Of a DNA stretch of 64,000 nt, positions 1 to 12,232 are shown one piece after another. The notes below the pieces were generated by a model. The model was not told the DNA's origin, ran no database searches, and saw only the letters and a list, made by a program, of their open reading frames with translations. The stretch is from assembly GCF_004010195.1 (NCBI RefSeq), contig NC_057752.1, positions 5,919,991 to 5,983,990 of the forward strand, read 5' to 3'. Within the stretch, counting starts at the first letter, position 1. Every line of letters starts with the position of its first letter. The translations under genes and the position numbers were made by a program. Source of the DNA: Chiloscyllium plagiosum (Eukaryota).

Positions 1-64
1 GAGGGGGAGAAGGTAGGGCGGGGGGAGTGAAGGGGCGAGGCCTGGGCATGGGATAAAGACGCTG

Positions 65-410
65 GGTGATGGCAACATTCTGGTGGCATTGTTGCTATTC
101 AATCCTGAGTTTCTGGCGATGTTCTGGGGACCCAGGTTTAAATCCCTTCACGGCAAATGGTGGAATTTAAAATCAATCCAATCTGAATTTAAGAGTTTAA
201 CAATGACCATGAAACCATTGCTAAATGCCTCAACAACCCATCTGGTTGATTAATGTCCTTCAGGGAAGGAAACTACCATCCTTAGCTGGTCTGGACTAGC
301 TGTAAATCCAGACCTACAACAATGTGGTTGACTCTAAACCACCCTCTGGACAATTAGGGATGGACAATAAATGCCGGCCTCACCAGTGACACTCACATCC
401 TGTGAATAAA
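65..410 (+). mobile_element. SINE-like repeat with L2-type 3' end
   Basis: Degenerate B-box (ggtttaaatccc); tail caataaatgccggcctcaccagtgacactcacatcc is shared with copies at about 8340-8965, 10865-11140 and 12185-12230. Confidence 0.6.
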
Positions 411-2149
411 TTTACAAAACGGTGCTGAAATTTGGGGAGGGAAGTTGGGGAGGGAAATGCTGCTGATGTCTCCAGGGTCGAAGTGGGACTTTGGAAGCAG
501 TATTGGGGGAGGGGGCATACGCACAAACAACCCAACCCACAATTCTGACACTACCAGCTTGCACCCAAACACCCTAAAGACTGCGAGATATATCCACACA
601 GAAACCTACCGCTGTTCAGCCAATCACAGGAAGAAAGCCTGCAGGATCATAAGAAATTCTGGAACAGAACATGCCCTGAAAAGGCCCGATCTGGAATGAA
701 GGGCCAGATTACAGGACTGTCCAATGGTCCTGCAAAGTCCAGGACTGCTGGTTACCTTGACCCCTGGGGTAGAGAATTCCAAAGATTCACAACCCTTTAA
801 TGAAGCAATTTCTCCTCTTCTCAGTCCAAAATGGCCACCCCCTTATCCTATGACTGTGCCCCTCCCCCTGTGTTCTAGATTCCCCAGCTAAGGGGAAATA
901 CCCTCTCACTATCAAACCTGTCAAAACCTTTCAGACTTGTCTGGTTCAATTAACTCATATCTCATTCTTCTAAATTCCACAGAATATAGCCAGAGCCTAC
1001 TCAAACTTTCCTCATAGGACTAATCCTCTTAATTCAGAAAGCAGTCATAGAGTCGAGTGCACAGTTTCACATCCATATGGCTTCTGTTCAATGAAATGCT
1101 TGGCACGCATTGTGTTGCTGGGAGCTTTGATTTGCAAAAAAATAGTTGTCATTGGAACTCCAATACTCCAGTACCATGGGAGTTTGTGAACCTAGTCTAA
1201 ATCATCTCTCGGCATGGAACGTGAAATAACTCCACAGAAGCTGATATCCCATCACCAAGTCACTCTTCATTTACACATGGAGAGACCTTGACACTGATCC
1301 AGCTCCCTCAGAGCCAGCTCTCAGAGCAACAGAATCTCTAACCCTCCTGTCTTTTTTTCCCCATATTTTAAAGCATTTTTAATGTGGTGCAATGGATACA
1401 TGTTGATTGAAGAGTGGGTTCGAGAAAATACAAAATACAGTTGCATTAGTCCAGATCTTTTGGTTTCCGGCTGGTTGGAAACTGAATATACCCATAATCG
1501 GATCATTCAGAGATCCTGACTCACTGACTCTGTGGGAGTTACCTAGGAAGTTTAAACTTCCCCAGCTGGCTGGGACCCTTGAAAAGGTGATGGTGAGCCA
1601 TATTCTTCAACCACAGCAGTTTACATGGTGTAGCTACTTCCACTCTATTTATGATATATTACAAGGTTACTCCACAGTCAGACTAACTATTAGGTTTCAA
1701 CTCCTATTGTTACAGAGAACCCTCCTGTTTATATCTGTCAGCCGGGGCTCCCTGATTGGGGCTGTTAATCTGGTCCAATCAGGGAACACATATTCCATAA
1801 GGTCCATCTGACTGACCTTGTTACAATCACGACAGATGACACCAGCCAGAGTTGATTGGCTCCTCATTGGAAAGGCTAGAAATCTAAAAGAAATCACATT
1901 AGAATCCTCCAGGATGGCTGTCTCACATCCCCTAGAGACTAGCAACAGAATGGCATCATCAATTAGTCAATACCGCTAGTGATGACAGGTTGGTGAAACA
2001 ACAGAGGAAAACAGAAGAAAATAGGAAAGGATCTTTTAACATGGTACTGGTGGAATATTATTCTACAGCTGCTTGAACTACCACATAGGTCTTCTTCCGA
2101 TTCAAACTTTTGGATGATGCTTTGCTGTGAATCTTGCAAACCAGAAAAT

Positions 2150-3090
2150 ACAAGGCTGAGTCCACTGCTTTTCGTCATTTGTATAAATGATTTGGATGTG
2201 GGCATAAGAGGTAAGTTTGCAGTTGACACCAAAATTGGAGGTGTGGTGGACAGCGAAGAAGGTTACCTCAGATTCTACAGGATCTTGACCAGATGGGCCA
2301 ATGGGCTGAGAAGTGGCAGATGGAGTTTAATTCAGATAAATGCGAGGTGCTGCAGTTTAGGAAAGCAAATCTTCGCAGGACTTATACACTTAATGGTAAG
2401 GTCCTCGGGAGTGTTGCTGAACAAAGAGACCTTGGAGTGCAGGTTCATAGCTTCTTGAAAGTGGAGTCGCAGGTAGATAGGGTAGTGAAGAAGGCATTTG
2501 GTATGCTTTGATTGGTCAGAGTATTGAGTACAGCAGTTGGGAGGTCATATTGAGGCTGTACAGGACATTGGTTAGGCCACTGTTGGAATATTGCATGTAA
2601 TTCTGGTCTCCTTCCTATCGGAAGGATGTTGTGAAGCTTGAAAGGGTTCAGAAAAGATTTACAATGATGTTGCCAGGGTTGGAGGATGAACAGGCTGGGG
2701 CTATTTTCCCTGGAGCCCGAGGGGTGACCTTATAGAGGTTTACAAAATCATGAGGGGCATGGATAGGATAAATAGACAAAGTCTCTACCCAGAGTCCAGA
2801 ACTAGAGGGCATAGGTTTAGGGCAAGAGGGGAAAGATATAAAAGAGACCTAAGGGGCAACTTTTTCACGCAGAGGGTGGTACGTGTATGGAATGAGCTGC
2901 CAGAGGAAGTGGTGGAGGCTGGTACAATTGCAACATTTAAAAGGCATTTGGATGGATATATGAATAGGAAGGGTTTGGAGGGATATGGGCCGGGTGCTGG
3001 CAGGTGGGACTAGATTGTGTTGGGATATCTGGTCGGCATGGATGGGTTGGACCGAAGGGTCTGATTCTGTGCTGTCCATCTCTATGACCC
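2150..3090 (+). mobile_element. CR1-clade LINE 3' fragment (HER1-like)
   Basis: RT remnants (INDLD, KFAVDTKIGG, WAEKWQMEFNSDKC), C-terminal FFTQRVVRVWNELP, ctatga-type tail. Confidence 0.92.
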
Positions 3091-3964
3091 TATGACAAGG
3101 GGTAAAAATTGGAGCTTATCCAAGTTCCCAGAAGCTACACGTTCCACCATATTGAGTCCAGCATCATTTTCATAATCGTCATGCTTCCCAACCAATGTAG
3201 AGCATACAGATTTTAAACTGTTCAAAGACATCCCCCGTGACTGGTCAGAGAGTTCATTAAAACTGTGCAAGGAAAACTTGTGGCGCTATGCTATTTTTAC
3301 ATCTAGAATCTACATGAAAGAAACAAAATGAGAGCTTTTACTTCTGGGCTTGTCAAAACTTGCAAACTGCGGCTGTAAATCCAGAGTTGTGCCAGTAATT
3401 CGACTGCTTGCGATGAAACCAAAGTAAATCAAAAAGCTCCATGAACATAAAAATCATAAGCAGAAATAGGTCATTCAGCCTTTCACACCTGCTTCATCAT
3501 TCAATACGATCATAACGGAGTTGTTTGCATTTCAAATCCTACATTCCCAGCTACCCCTCATCATCTTTGATTCCCTGCCTAACAAGAATCTAACTACCTT
3601 CACCTTCAAACTATTCAATGACCCTGCCTCCACTGCCTTTTGAGGCAGAGATTTCCAAAGTTGCACAACTCTCAGAGAGAAACAAAAATCCTCCTCATCT
3701 CTGTCCTAAAAGGGCAGCCCCTAATTTTAAAAGTGTCACCCTAGTTCTGGACAACAGGAAGCATCCTTTCCAGATACACTTTGTTAAGACCATTCAGGAT
3801 CTTATTAACTTCAATCAAGTCTCCCCTCAGTCTTCTAAACTCCAGTAGAAACAAATCCAGCCTGTCAATCTTTCCTCCTAAGATCATCATTTCCCCATCA
3901 TTCCAGGTATGAATCCAGTAAAACCTCTCTGAACTGCCTCCAATGCATTTACAGGACAACCACT

Positions 3965-4174
3965 GTATCAATGGGTCCGGTTACCATGCTTTCAGTTACC
4001 CACTGTTTACCGCAGCCCAAACATACTACATGGAACAGTCCAGAACCAGGGACCGGGGGCTGCCGGGGAGGTACATTTCCCACTGAAATGAATGGGTTCG
4101 CTACTATCCGTGGTTTCGGGCATCCGCTGTAGGTCTTGGAACATATCCCCTGCAGGTACAGGTGGACTACTGTA
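3965..4174 (+). mobile_element. Tc1/mariner Tigger-type MITE (MER44-like)
   Basis: End ...ggtcttggaacatatcccctgcaggtacaggtggactactg|ta resembles the MER44/Tigger7 terminus with a TA target; left TIR degraded. Confidence 0.55.
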
Positions 4175-4574
4175 CATCCTTCCTGGACTGGCTCTGCTGT
4201 TTATTCACCCACTGATTGCACAAGCTTAGTTTAAACAGGATCCCTGCCTAGGCCAAAATAAACTTATTTTTTAAAAGAAGTCAATTTCACCAAGCTTTCT
4301 TGAATTAACAAAAACGGTAAGTTTATTAATGACTAAACATGAGCAGAAGTAGTAATGCAATACAGGGAGAATTTTAATAAGAAGTGATAATGGGGGAATG
4401 ACCAGCCCACTCTCAGCAGAAAGCCATGCCTTGCAGATGTATCTGCATCACCTTCCAGGAATATAGAAAAAACAACAGTTTAAAACTGACTACAACTCTA
4501 GTCCGTGTATGTTATTGGCTGGACACACTAGTGTGTGGACTAGAATATTGTGAGGCTCCAGTTTTGAAAACAGC

Positions 4575-5115
4575 CATTTTAAGCACTCCTGCACTGCGAG
4601 TAAAACATCTTCAAAGAGGAAGAAGAACACCTATACAAGGTATTCGCAAAAAACGGATATCCTCGCAATTTCATCAACAGATGCCTAAGGGAAAGACAAC
4701 AGAACGAGGACATGCCGCAACCCAAAGGACTAGCCACACTACCATACATCAAGAACATCTCTGAAATGACAGCCAGACTACTGCGACCACTAGCACTTAT
4801 AACAGCACACAAACCAACAGCCACACTCAGACAACAAGGGCAAGCGAAACAAAGAACAGCCAGGGAATTCCTAGAAGCATGGCACTCATCCACAAACTCC
4901 ATCAACAAACACATCGACCTGGACCCAATATACCGGCCACTACAGCGGACAGCTGAAACTGACAACCGGAAGCGGCAGGGACAGGCCACTATAAATGCCG
5001 GAGAAAACACCACAGAAGCGCTTCACAGGAGGCTCCCAAGCACTGAGGATGTCACCTAGACGGGGACGAAACGTTTGCAACAAAAACTTCCAGCTCGGCG
5101 AACAGAACCACAGCA
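4575..5115 (+). mobile_element. Penelope-like element 3' fragment (family A), internally deleted
   Basis: Peptides LPYIKNISEMTARLL and AREFLEAWHSSTNSINKHIDLDPIY are typical of the PLE RT-thumb/GIY-YIG C-terminus; followed by a hammerhead motif. Confidence 0.85.
5040..5078 (+). ncRNA. Minimal type-I hammerhead ribozyme motif (PLE family A)
   Basis: gca-CTGAGGA-(stem II)-GAAAC-GTT-tgc: core boxes intact, stem I gca/tgc, palindromic stem III AACGTT. Confidence 0.7.
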
Positions 5116-5781
5116 TCTTCTCTCTCACTCTGAATGCTGGAATTCATTCACTATCAAAAGGAATCAGAATAACAGAATTTTAACCAACCTGCAATCCAAA
5201 ATCAACTGCACTACTGCCAGCTTCAACACAATCAGTACCATCCAATAACAGCTGCAACATCTTTGTTCATGTTGAACAGTTCACAATTCGATTTTTTTAA
5301 CTTTTATCTTTTTGGACTCAACACTTGTGTGCATGTGTGTTGAATTACCATTTCTTCTCATGTTTAATAATTAATAAACTCTTTATTTTAGTTAATTTAA
5401 GAATGTCTGGCTAAATTGGCTCTTTTTAAATCAGAAAGATATCCACAAGGTAAGGGATCCTGTTTAAATGATCTTTTTTGCAACCAATCAAGGGGAACAG
5501 GTGAATAACCAAAGATGAGTCACTGCGTCTCTCCTTACTTGGGAGTTTGAAAATTTGGGGTATCCCACGTGGAACCATAGCAAATTGGCGAACCTTGATC
5601 ACAGACTGGTCAGAACACTGAGATATTCATTGATCTGTAGGGAAGCCTATAACCTAATCTCAAAAACGGGTTCTTCAGCTCTCTTCCCCATGGGAAAATG
5701 AAACACGTGAACCTTGCATTCGGACAGAAATGCTAGTGAGTTATTTTTGATCTCAACTTCCTTTCATCTTAGAAGTCAAGT

Positions 5782-6115
5782 GGCACGGTGGCTCAGTGGT
5801 TAGCACTGCTGCCTCACAGCGCCAGGGAGCCGAGTTCGATCCCAGCCCTGGGGCAACTGTCTGTGTGGAGTTTTCATGTTCTCCCAGTGTCTGCGTGGGT
5901 TTCCTCCGGGTGCTCTGGTTTCCTCCCACAATCCAAAGATGTGCAGGTTAGGTGAACTGCCATGCTAAATTGCCCATAGTGTTCAGGGATGTGTAGGTTG
6001 GGTTCATTAGTTAGGGGTAAATGTAGGGAAATGGGTCTGAGTGGGTTATTCTTTGAAGGGTCGGTGTGGACTTGTTGGGCCAAATGGCTTGTTTCCACAC
6101 TGTAGGGATTCTAAG
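5782..6115 (+). mobile_element. tRNA-derived SINE (HE1/V-SINE-like)
   Basis: A-box tggctcagtgg, B-box gttcgatccc, body gtgtctgcgtgggtttcctccgggtgctc, CR1-like tail. Confidence 0.9.
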
Positions 6116-6682
6116 ATAATTTAGCACTGCTGTTCATAAGCTGGTACTATCCTGAGATTTTGGGAGACTCATATTCTACCTGTGGCAAAGTCAGGAACTA
6201 CCATTACCTCCAAGCATAAACACCTTACAGTAAGTGCCGGTAACCTTTTTCATGCTCAATGACAATTCATTTTTGAGGCCCTTCTGGTAATGTCCCTACC
6301 TCTGTGCCATGAGGCCTGGGTCCAAGTCCTACCTGCTCCAGAGGTATGTCATAACATTTCTGAACAGAATGATGAGAAAATATCTAAATATCTTGCAGTT
6401 TCTTTACAGTAAAGCAACCAAAATGCTCTCTTGATCTCTGTCAAACAATCCAGGCTTACTATCAGGCAGACTACAGAGCATGTCACATGATCCTCTGCAT
6501 TTACCCTCAATTTAAAGCTACAATCCCAAAATATAAAGAAACATATCAACCTTGTCATTGTAACATTGGCCAAATGCACTAAGCTGAGAAAATTGCATCC
6601 CCTAGGACAGCAATACCTTTTCTCTCCTGGCCCTAAGCTCTGTAATTCCTTCTCTATGCTTCTCTACCTCTCTTCCCATGGG

Positions 6683-7190
6683 GGTTGGTTAGCTCAGTTG
6701 GCCAAATGGCTGGTTTGTGATACAGAGTGACAACAACAGTGGGGGCAGCATGGTGGCTCAGTGGTTAGCACTGCTGTCTCACAGTACCAGGGACCCAGGT
6801 TCGATTCCAGCCTCGGGCAACTCTCTGTGTGGAGTTTCCACATTCTCCCAGTGTCTGCGTGGGTTTCCTCTGGGTGCTCCAGTTTCCTCCCACTGTCCAA
6901 AGATGTGCAGGGAAAGTGAATTGGCTGTGCTAAATTGCCCGTAGTGTTAGATGCATTAGTCAGAGGGAGATGGGTCTGAGTGGGTTACTCTTCGGTGGGT
7001 CGGTGTGGACTTGTTGGGCCGAAGGGCTGTTTCCACACTGTAGGGATCAATTCCTATACCAGCTGAGATCATCATGCCTTCTTGACCGCACCACTTACCT
7101 GAGGCATGGTGACCCTCGGGTTAAAATCACCGCCTGTTGTCTCTCTAATGGAACAGCAGTCCTCTGAGACTTTGGCAACTTTACTTTACC
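6683..7190 (+). mobile_element. HE1-like SINE (about 6744-7045) nested in a second tRNA-SINE family
   Basis: Outer head tagctcagttgg is interrupted before its B-box (tcaattcc, about 7047) by a full HE1-like copy; the outer family recurs at about 55185-55270 and 55870-55915. Confidence 0.75.
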
Positions 7191-7671
7191 TCTCTTTCCT
7201 CCTTCCAGACAATCTTTAAAACCTACCTATTTGATCAAGATTCTTGTCATCTGCCCTAATATGTGGCTTGGTGTCACACTTTCTTTGACAATGCTCCTGT
7301 GAAGCACTTTGGAAGGCTCTACATCAATATAATATTGCTGTTGACGTAAATAGATATAATGTATCAAGTTTTAATACATACAAACAAGGAGCAGGAACAG
7401 GCTACTCAGCCCCTTTGAGCCTGCTCTGGCGTCCAATAAGATGAGGTTGATCTAATTGTAATTTTAAATCCACATTCCCTCCTACCTACTCCTGATAACT
7501 TCCCGACTCCTTGTTTTACAAAAATCTATCTACCTTTGCTTAAAAAAAAATTCAAGGACTCTGCTTCCACCACCTTTTGACGAAGAGTTCAAAGGACATA
7601 CTACTCGATGAGAGAATAAAATTTGCCTTATCGCTGTTTTAAATGGAAAACCCTGACATTTAGATAGCGAC

Positions 7672-7953
7672 GCTGAAAATGTGTTGCTGGAAAAGCACAG
7701 GTCAGGCAGCATCCAAGGAACAGGAGAATTGACATTTCGGGCATAAGCCCTTCTTCAGGAATGAGGAAAGTGTGTCCAGCAGGCTAAGATAAAAGGTAGG
7801 GAGGAGGGACTTGGCAGAGGGGCGTTGGAAATGCGATAGGTGGAGGGCGGAAGATGAGGCGCTCTTCCTCCAACCGTCGTGTTGCTATGGTCCATCCCTT
7901 GTGGTTGGAGGGTTCCTAGGCGGAAGATGAGGCGCTCTTCCTCCAACCGTCCT
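7672..7953 (-). mobile_element. Rearranged Penelope-like mini-insertion (family B) with hammerhead motif
   Basis: 14-bp TSD atttagatagcgac (7658-7671 / 7954-7967); EERLIFRLGTLQPQG peptide; minus strand ctgaaga-agggcttatgccc-gaaatgtc. Confidence 0.85.
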
Positions 7954-8034
7954 ATTTAGATAGCGACCCCTGGTTCTAGATTCTTCCACAAGTGCACAGT
8001 GCCAAATCATCTTTCATAAGGGAAAGTGTTGGTT

Positions 8035-8335
8035 TAGATTAGATTACAGTATGGAAACAGGCCCCTCAGCCCAACAAATCCACACCAACCCTCTGAAAAG
8101 TAACCCACCCAGACCCATTTCCCAACATTTACACCTGTCATACTATGGGGCAATTTAGCATGGTCAATTCACCTGACCTGCACATCTTTGGACTGTGGGA
8201 GGAAACTGGAGCACCTGGAGGAAACCCACGCAGACACGGGGAGAACGTGCAAACTCCACACAGACAGTCGCCAGAGGCTGGAATCGAACCTGGGACCTTG
8301 GCAGCAGCGCTAACCACTGAGCCACCGTGCTGCCC
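8035..8335 (-). mobile_element. HE1-like SINE
   Basis: Reverse complement of the 5782-6115 family. Confidence 0.9.
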
Positions 8336-8571
8336 ATGGTGTAGTGATAATGTCACTGTACAAGTAATCGAGGACTCCAGGCTATTGTTCTGAGGACATG
8401 GCTTCGAATCCCACCAGATGGTGAAGTATGAATTCAGTAAAAATGTGGAATAAAAAGACAGCCAATGGCAATCCTGTAACCACTATCGAATAAAAACCCA
8501 TCTGCTTCACTAATGCTTTACCTGGTCTGGCCCAATAGTGACCGGAGCAGTGTAGCTGACAATGCTGGCGC

Positions 8572-8928
8572 GTACGTTAGAGCCCGGGTGTCCTTGGAGA
8601 AGGAGCACGCGGTGTCCACCAACACCCTGGAGTTGTTCAGGGAGAGGTGGGCGCCGCAGGGAGTGGAGTGCATCATTTCTCCCTCCAATTCTATTTTGAT
8701 TTAGTCCCGTCCCTCCCCTCCCCTTCACTGTTTTGATCACACAGCACTGTCCCTTGATGTGAAGGGCAGTGTTTGTCACTGGCCACCCGGGTGTTTTCCT
8801 ATCTTCTTGGTGGTGGAAATTGAATAAAGATTCGTGCACTTTGTGTCTTTCACTGTGTCTCACACCTGCACACACACACCATGGGTGCTGGGGATAAAAT
8901 AAGCACTACCGCACTTGGGCGAAAAAAG
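8572..8928 (+). mobile_element. 5'-truncated Tx1-clade (L1 group) LINE 3' end
   Basis: YVRARVSLEKEHAVSTNTLELFRERW resembles the Tx1 ORF2 C-terminus; 3'UTR and short A tail; 14-bp TSD gacaatgctggcgc (8558-8571 / 8929-8942). Confidence 0.75.
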
Positions 8929-8999
8929 GACAATGCTGGCGCTGCCAGTAATGCCCACACTCCACCAGTGGGGGGGAAGGTGGGATTGAGCTGCCAACT

Positions 9000-9420
9000 C
9001 TGAATGACGGAGAGGCAGAAGTCGCGCCTACGCGTGACGGTTTAAATAGCTGCTCTCGCGGGGTTTGGAGCTTGTAAGAGTGACGTACTTTGCAGCGAGG
9101 AGTGGGCGGTGAGTGAATTTGTTGGAGTTAAGGGAAGAGGAAAATAAAAGTATTCTTGTAAATCGTCTTTTACCCTGAGCCGAGTTAGACGATGGTGTAG
9201 ATAGGCTCAGCCTTCTTGCTAATCCTCTTCCCTCACACAGTTGCTCGGATTCGAGGCTGTCGAATGAACAGGTCGCCAGCGGCCTGATCTGAAAGGCTCT
9301 TCCCCGGAAGAGAGTTGTTCCTGTTCCCGTCTTTGCGACGCTCGTTCCCTGCATCTCTCTTAACCCCTTCACGGCTCCATCTTGTGATCGTTTCTGGACG
9401 CACTCGGGCTTGCTTTTTTT
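9000..9420 (+). promoter_or_regulatory. CpG-rich putative ARF3 promoter with non-coding exon 1 ending about 9108
   Basis: Unique, locally CpG-dense sequence in an otherwise CpG-poor window; TTTAAATA at 9041, TGACG(T) CRE-like sites at 9035 and 9081, GGGCGG, and a strong donor cg|gtgagt at 9109. Confidence 0.65.
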
Positions 9421-10109
9421 TAAAAAGTCGTCTCTCACTTAGTGATGAGTTACCAGTCTTTGCAAGGCTTAAAATATAAAAGTTTTTTAAATTAAGAAAT
9501 GCCTGTTTTTCTCTCAGGCAGGAGGCTGGGAGAACACAGCAAGCCAGGTAGCATTAGGAGGTGGAGAAGTCGATGTCTCGGGACTGGGGATGGGGGGAAG
9601 CTGTAGGTAAAGTTGGGGGAGGTGCAGAGAAGTGATGAACGCACGTAGAGAGTATAGCCTGGAGACAAAAGAAAACTTTAGATGCTGGGTTCTAAAGTAG
9701 ACAACCAGGAGGCTGGAAGAAGGCAGCATCAGGTGGTGGGGAAATTGACGTCTCGGGTATAACCCCTCTCTGCTCGCGACTGCTATCCGTCTCGGTGCTT
9801 CCTGCACTAAAGTTTTAATGACCGTCCTGTTAAGAGGTGCAATAGGAACGCCCATTGAACAGTGTTTGCACTTTCATTTTGCACTGGAATTTTAAGATGA
9901 GGTAAAAGTTTTTGTGTAAGTTATTTTGTGCCATTGCTGCTTGTTACTGGGCATTGGCTGGTACTGTACCTTGTCCTTGTTTGCAAAGTGATATTGTAGT
10001 TTTGTTTTGTAAACACTCCAAGTTGGGGTGCTCACATTTCTTTTTGCATGTGAGCAACTCTCAGCTGCTTCCCACAGAGTTGATACTGACGGATGTGATT
10101 TCTTTTTAA

Positions 10110-10387
10110 GCCTCTCAGCACCAGGGTCCTAGATTCAATTCCATCCTCTGGTGACTGTGCAAACTCCACACAGACACATTCTCACCGTGTCTGCGTGGGT
10201 TTCCTCTGGGTGCTCAAGTTTCCTCGCACAATCCAAAGATGTGCAGGCCAGGTGAATTCGCCATGTTAAATTGCCCATAGTGTTAGGTGCGTTAGTCAGA
10301 GGGGAGTGGCTTGCTCTTTGGAGGGTTGGTGTAGACTTGTTGGGCCGAAGGGCCTGTTTCTACACTGTAGGGAATCTAATCTAATCT
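10110..10387 (+). mobile_element. HE1-like SINE, 5' truncated
   Basis: Same body as 5782-6115, with aatct tail repeats. Confidence 0.85.
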
Positions 10388-10409
10388 TTAAAGTTCAAAC
10401 TGAGGCCAC

Positions 10410-12232
10410 TAGGTCAGTGGTGGCCCTTGACATCAAGGCTGCATTTGACGGAGTGTGGCATTGAGGGCTCTAGCAAAACTGGAATTAGTGAGTATGGTAT
10501 TAGGGAGCAGGTCTGTGCTGGTTGGAGTAATACCTGGCAGATAGGAAGATAGTTAGTTGTTTATTTCCAGGATGTCCTCAGCAGGAGTTCCTCAGGATAG
10601 TATCCTTTGTCCAACCATCTTCAGCTGTTTCATCAATTCTTCCCTTCATGGGTCAGAAGTAGGGATGTTTGCCAATGATGGTACAAATTTCAGCACCGTT
10701 TGACTGCTTCAGTAGCAGAGGATTGACAATGTTCAAATGCAACAAGGTCTGGACAATATCCAGACTTGGGCTGAGAAGTGGCAAGTAAGAGTCATGCCAC
10801 AAATGCCAGACAATGACCATCTCCAATAAGAGACAATCTAATCACTGTCCCTTGACATTCAATGATGGGGAGGTGATGGTCTAGTGTATTAGGCCATGGG
10901 AGTATTAATCCAGAGACTTAAGTAATGTTCTGGGGGCACTAGTTCAAATCCTGTCCTTGCAGATGGTGGAAATTAAGTCCAGTAAAAGTTTAGAATTAAT
11001 CAATGATTTCATGATATTTGAAAAGCCCATTGCTATCCTCACATACTCTGGCCTACGTGTGACTCTAGACCCACAGCATTGTAGTTGTTGTCTTGACTGC
11101 CCTTGGGGCAATTAAGGATGGTAATAAATGCTGGCCTAGCCATTGATCAAAACTCAACTGGGCTCTCTGCATAAACAGTGGCAACAAGAACAGGTCAGAG
11201 GCTAGGAATACTGTAGAACTCACCACCTGACTCACTTGCCTGGATGGGTGCAGCTCTAAGTCAGAGTCGAGTGTGTGTTGCTGGAAAAGCACAGCAGGTC
11301 AGGCAGCATCCGAGGTGCAGGAAAATCAACGTTTCAGGCTAGAACCCTTCGTCAGGAATGAGGCTGGGAGCCTTGGGGGTGGAGAGATAAATGGGGGTTG
11401 GGGAGAAGGTGGCTTAGAGTGCAATAGGGGGATGGAGGTAGGGGTAAAGGTGATAGGTTGGAGAGGACTTGAGGAGATCTTTGTAGAGAGAGGAGGAGAA
11501 CTTGGAGAGAGAGCCTACCTTGAAGTTCTTCTCTACAAAGACCTGAGTTCTCCCTCACTGTACTCCCCAAGTCCTGTCCTCTGCTGCTCCACCCTCCTCT
11601 CTGACCTATCACCTTTATCCCCACCTCTATCTACCTATTGCACTCTTAGCTAACTTCTCCCCAGCCCCACCTCCCTCCCACTTATCTCTCCACCTCTGAG
11701 GTTCTCTGCCTCATGCCTGATGAAAGGCTCTGGCCTGAAACATCGATTCTCCTACTCCTTGGATGCTGACTGACCTGTTGTGCTTTTCTAGCAACGCATT
11801 CTACTCTGACCTGCAGACCTCACTTTCTCCTTGTAGCTCTAACATCACTAAGCTGGACAAAACAGCCTGTTTGATTGGCACCATCTCCACTGTGGCTGTA
11901 TATGCTGCAGCTACTCAATCTACAAATGCAGAAATTCACCAAAGATCCTTCAACAGCACCTTCCAATGCATAACCACTTCCATCTAGAAGGACATGGGCA
12001 GCAGATGTATGGCAGTGCCTCTACGCCACTCAACATCCTGACTTGGAAATATGTTTCCTTCCTTTACTGTCAGAATCTATATTCTGGAATTCCCTGCAGG
12101 GTATTTTGGCTCACCCATAGCATGTGGACTGCAGTGGTGAGAATAAGCAGCTTAGCACTAATTTCTCAGGGGTGGCTCAGGTTGGGTAATAAAGTGTTGG
12201 CGAGCCAGTGACACCCACATTTCGAATGAAAG
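10410..12232 (+). mobile_element. Decayed L2-type LINE with nested SINE and PLE insertions
   Basis: RT remnants (gcccttgacatcaaggctgcatttgac = ALDIKAAFD; atgtttgccaatgat) and an L2-like tail at 12185-12230. Confidence 0.65.
11260..11831. mobile_element. Inverted pair of Penelope-like 3' termini (family B), two hammerhead motifs
   Basis: 11265-11465 is roughly the reverse complement of 11575-11810; near-TSD tg(c/t)agctctaa (11249-11259 / 11832-11842). Confidence 0.8.

Noticed and set aside
5782..5850. tRNA-like sequence with A and B boxes (also 6744, 8270, 30200)
   Set aside because: SINE heads continuous with repeat bodies, not tRNA genes.
9028..9855. Minus-strand ORFs of 136 and 113 aa at the CpG region
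   Set aside because: No recognisable homology or splice structure; chance ORFs are expected in GC-rich promoter DNA.
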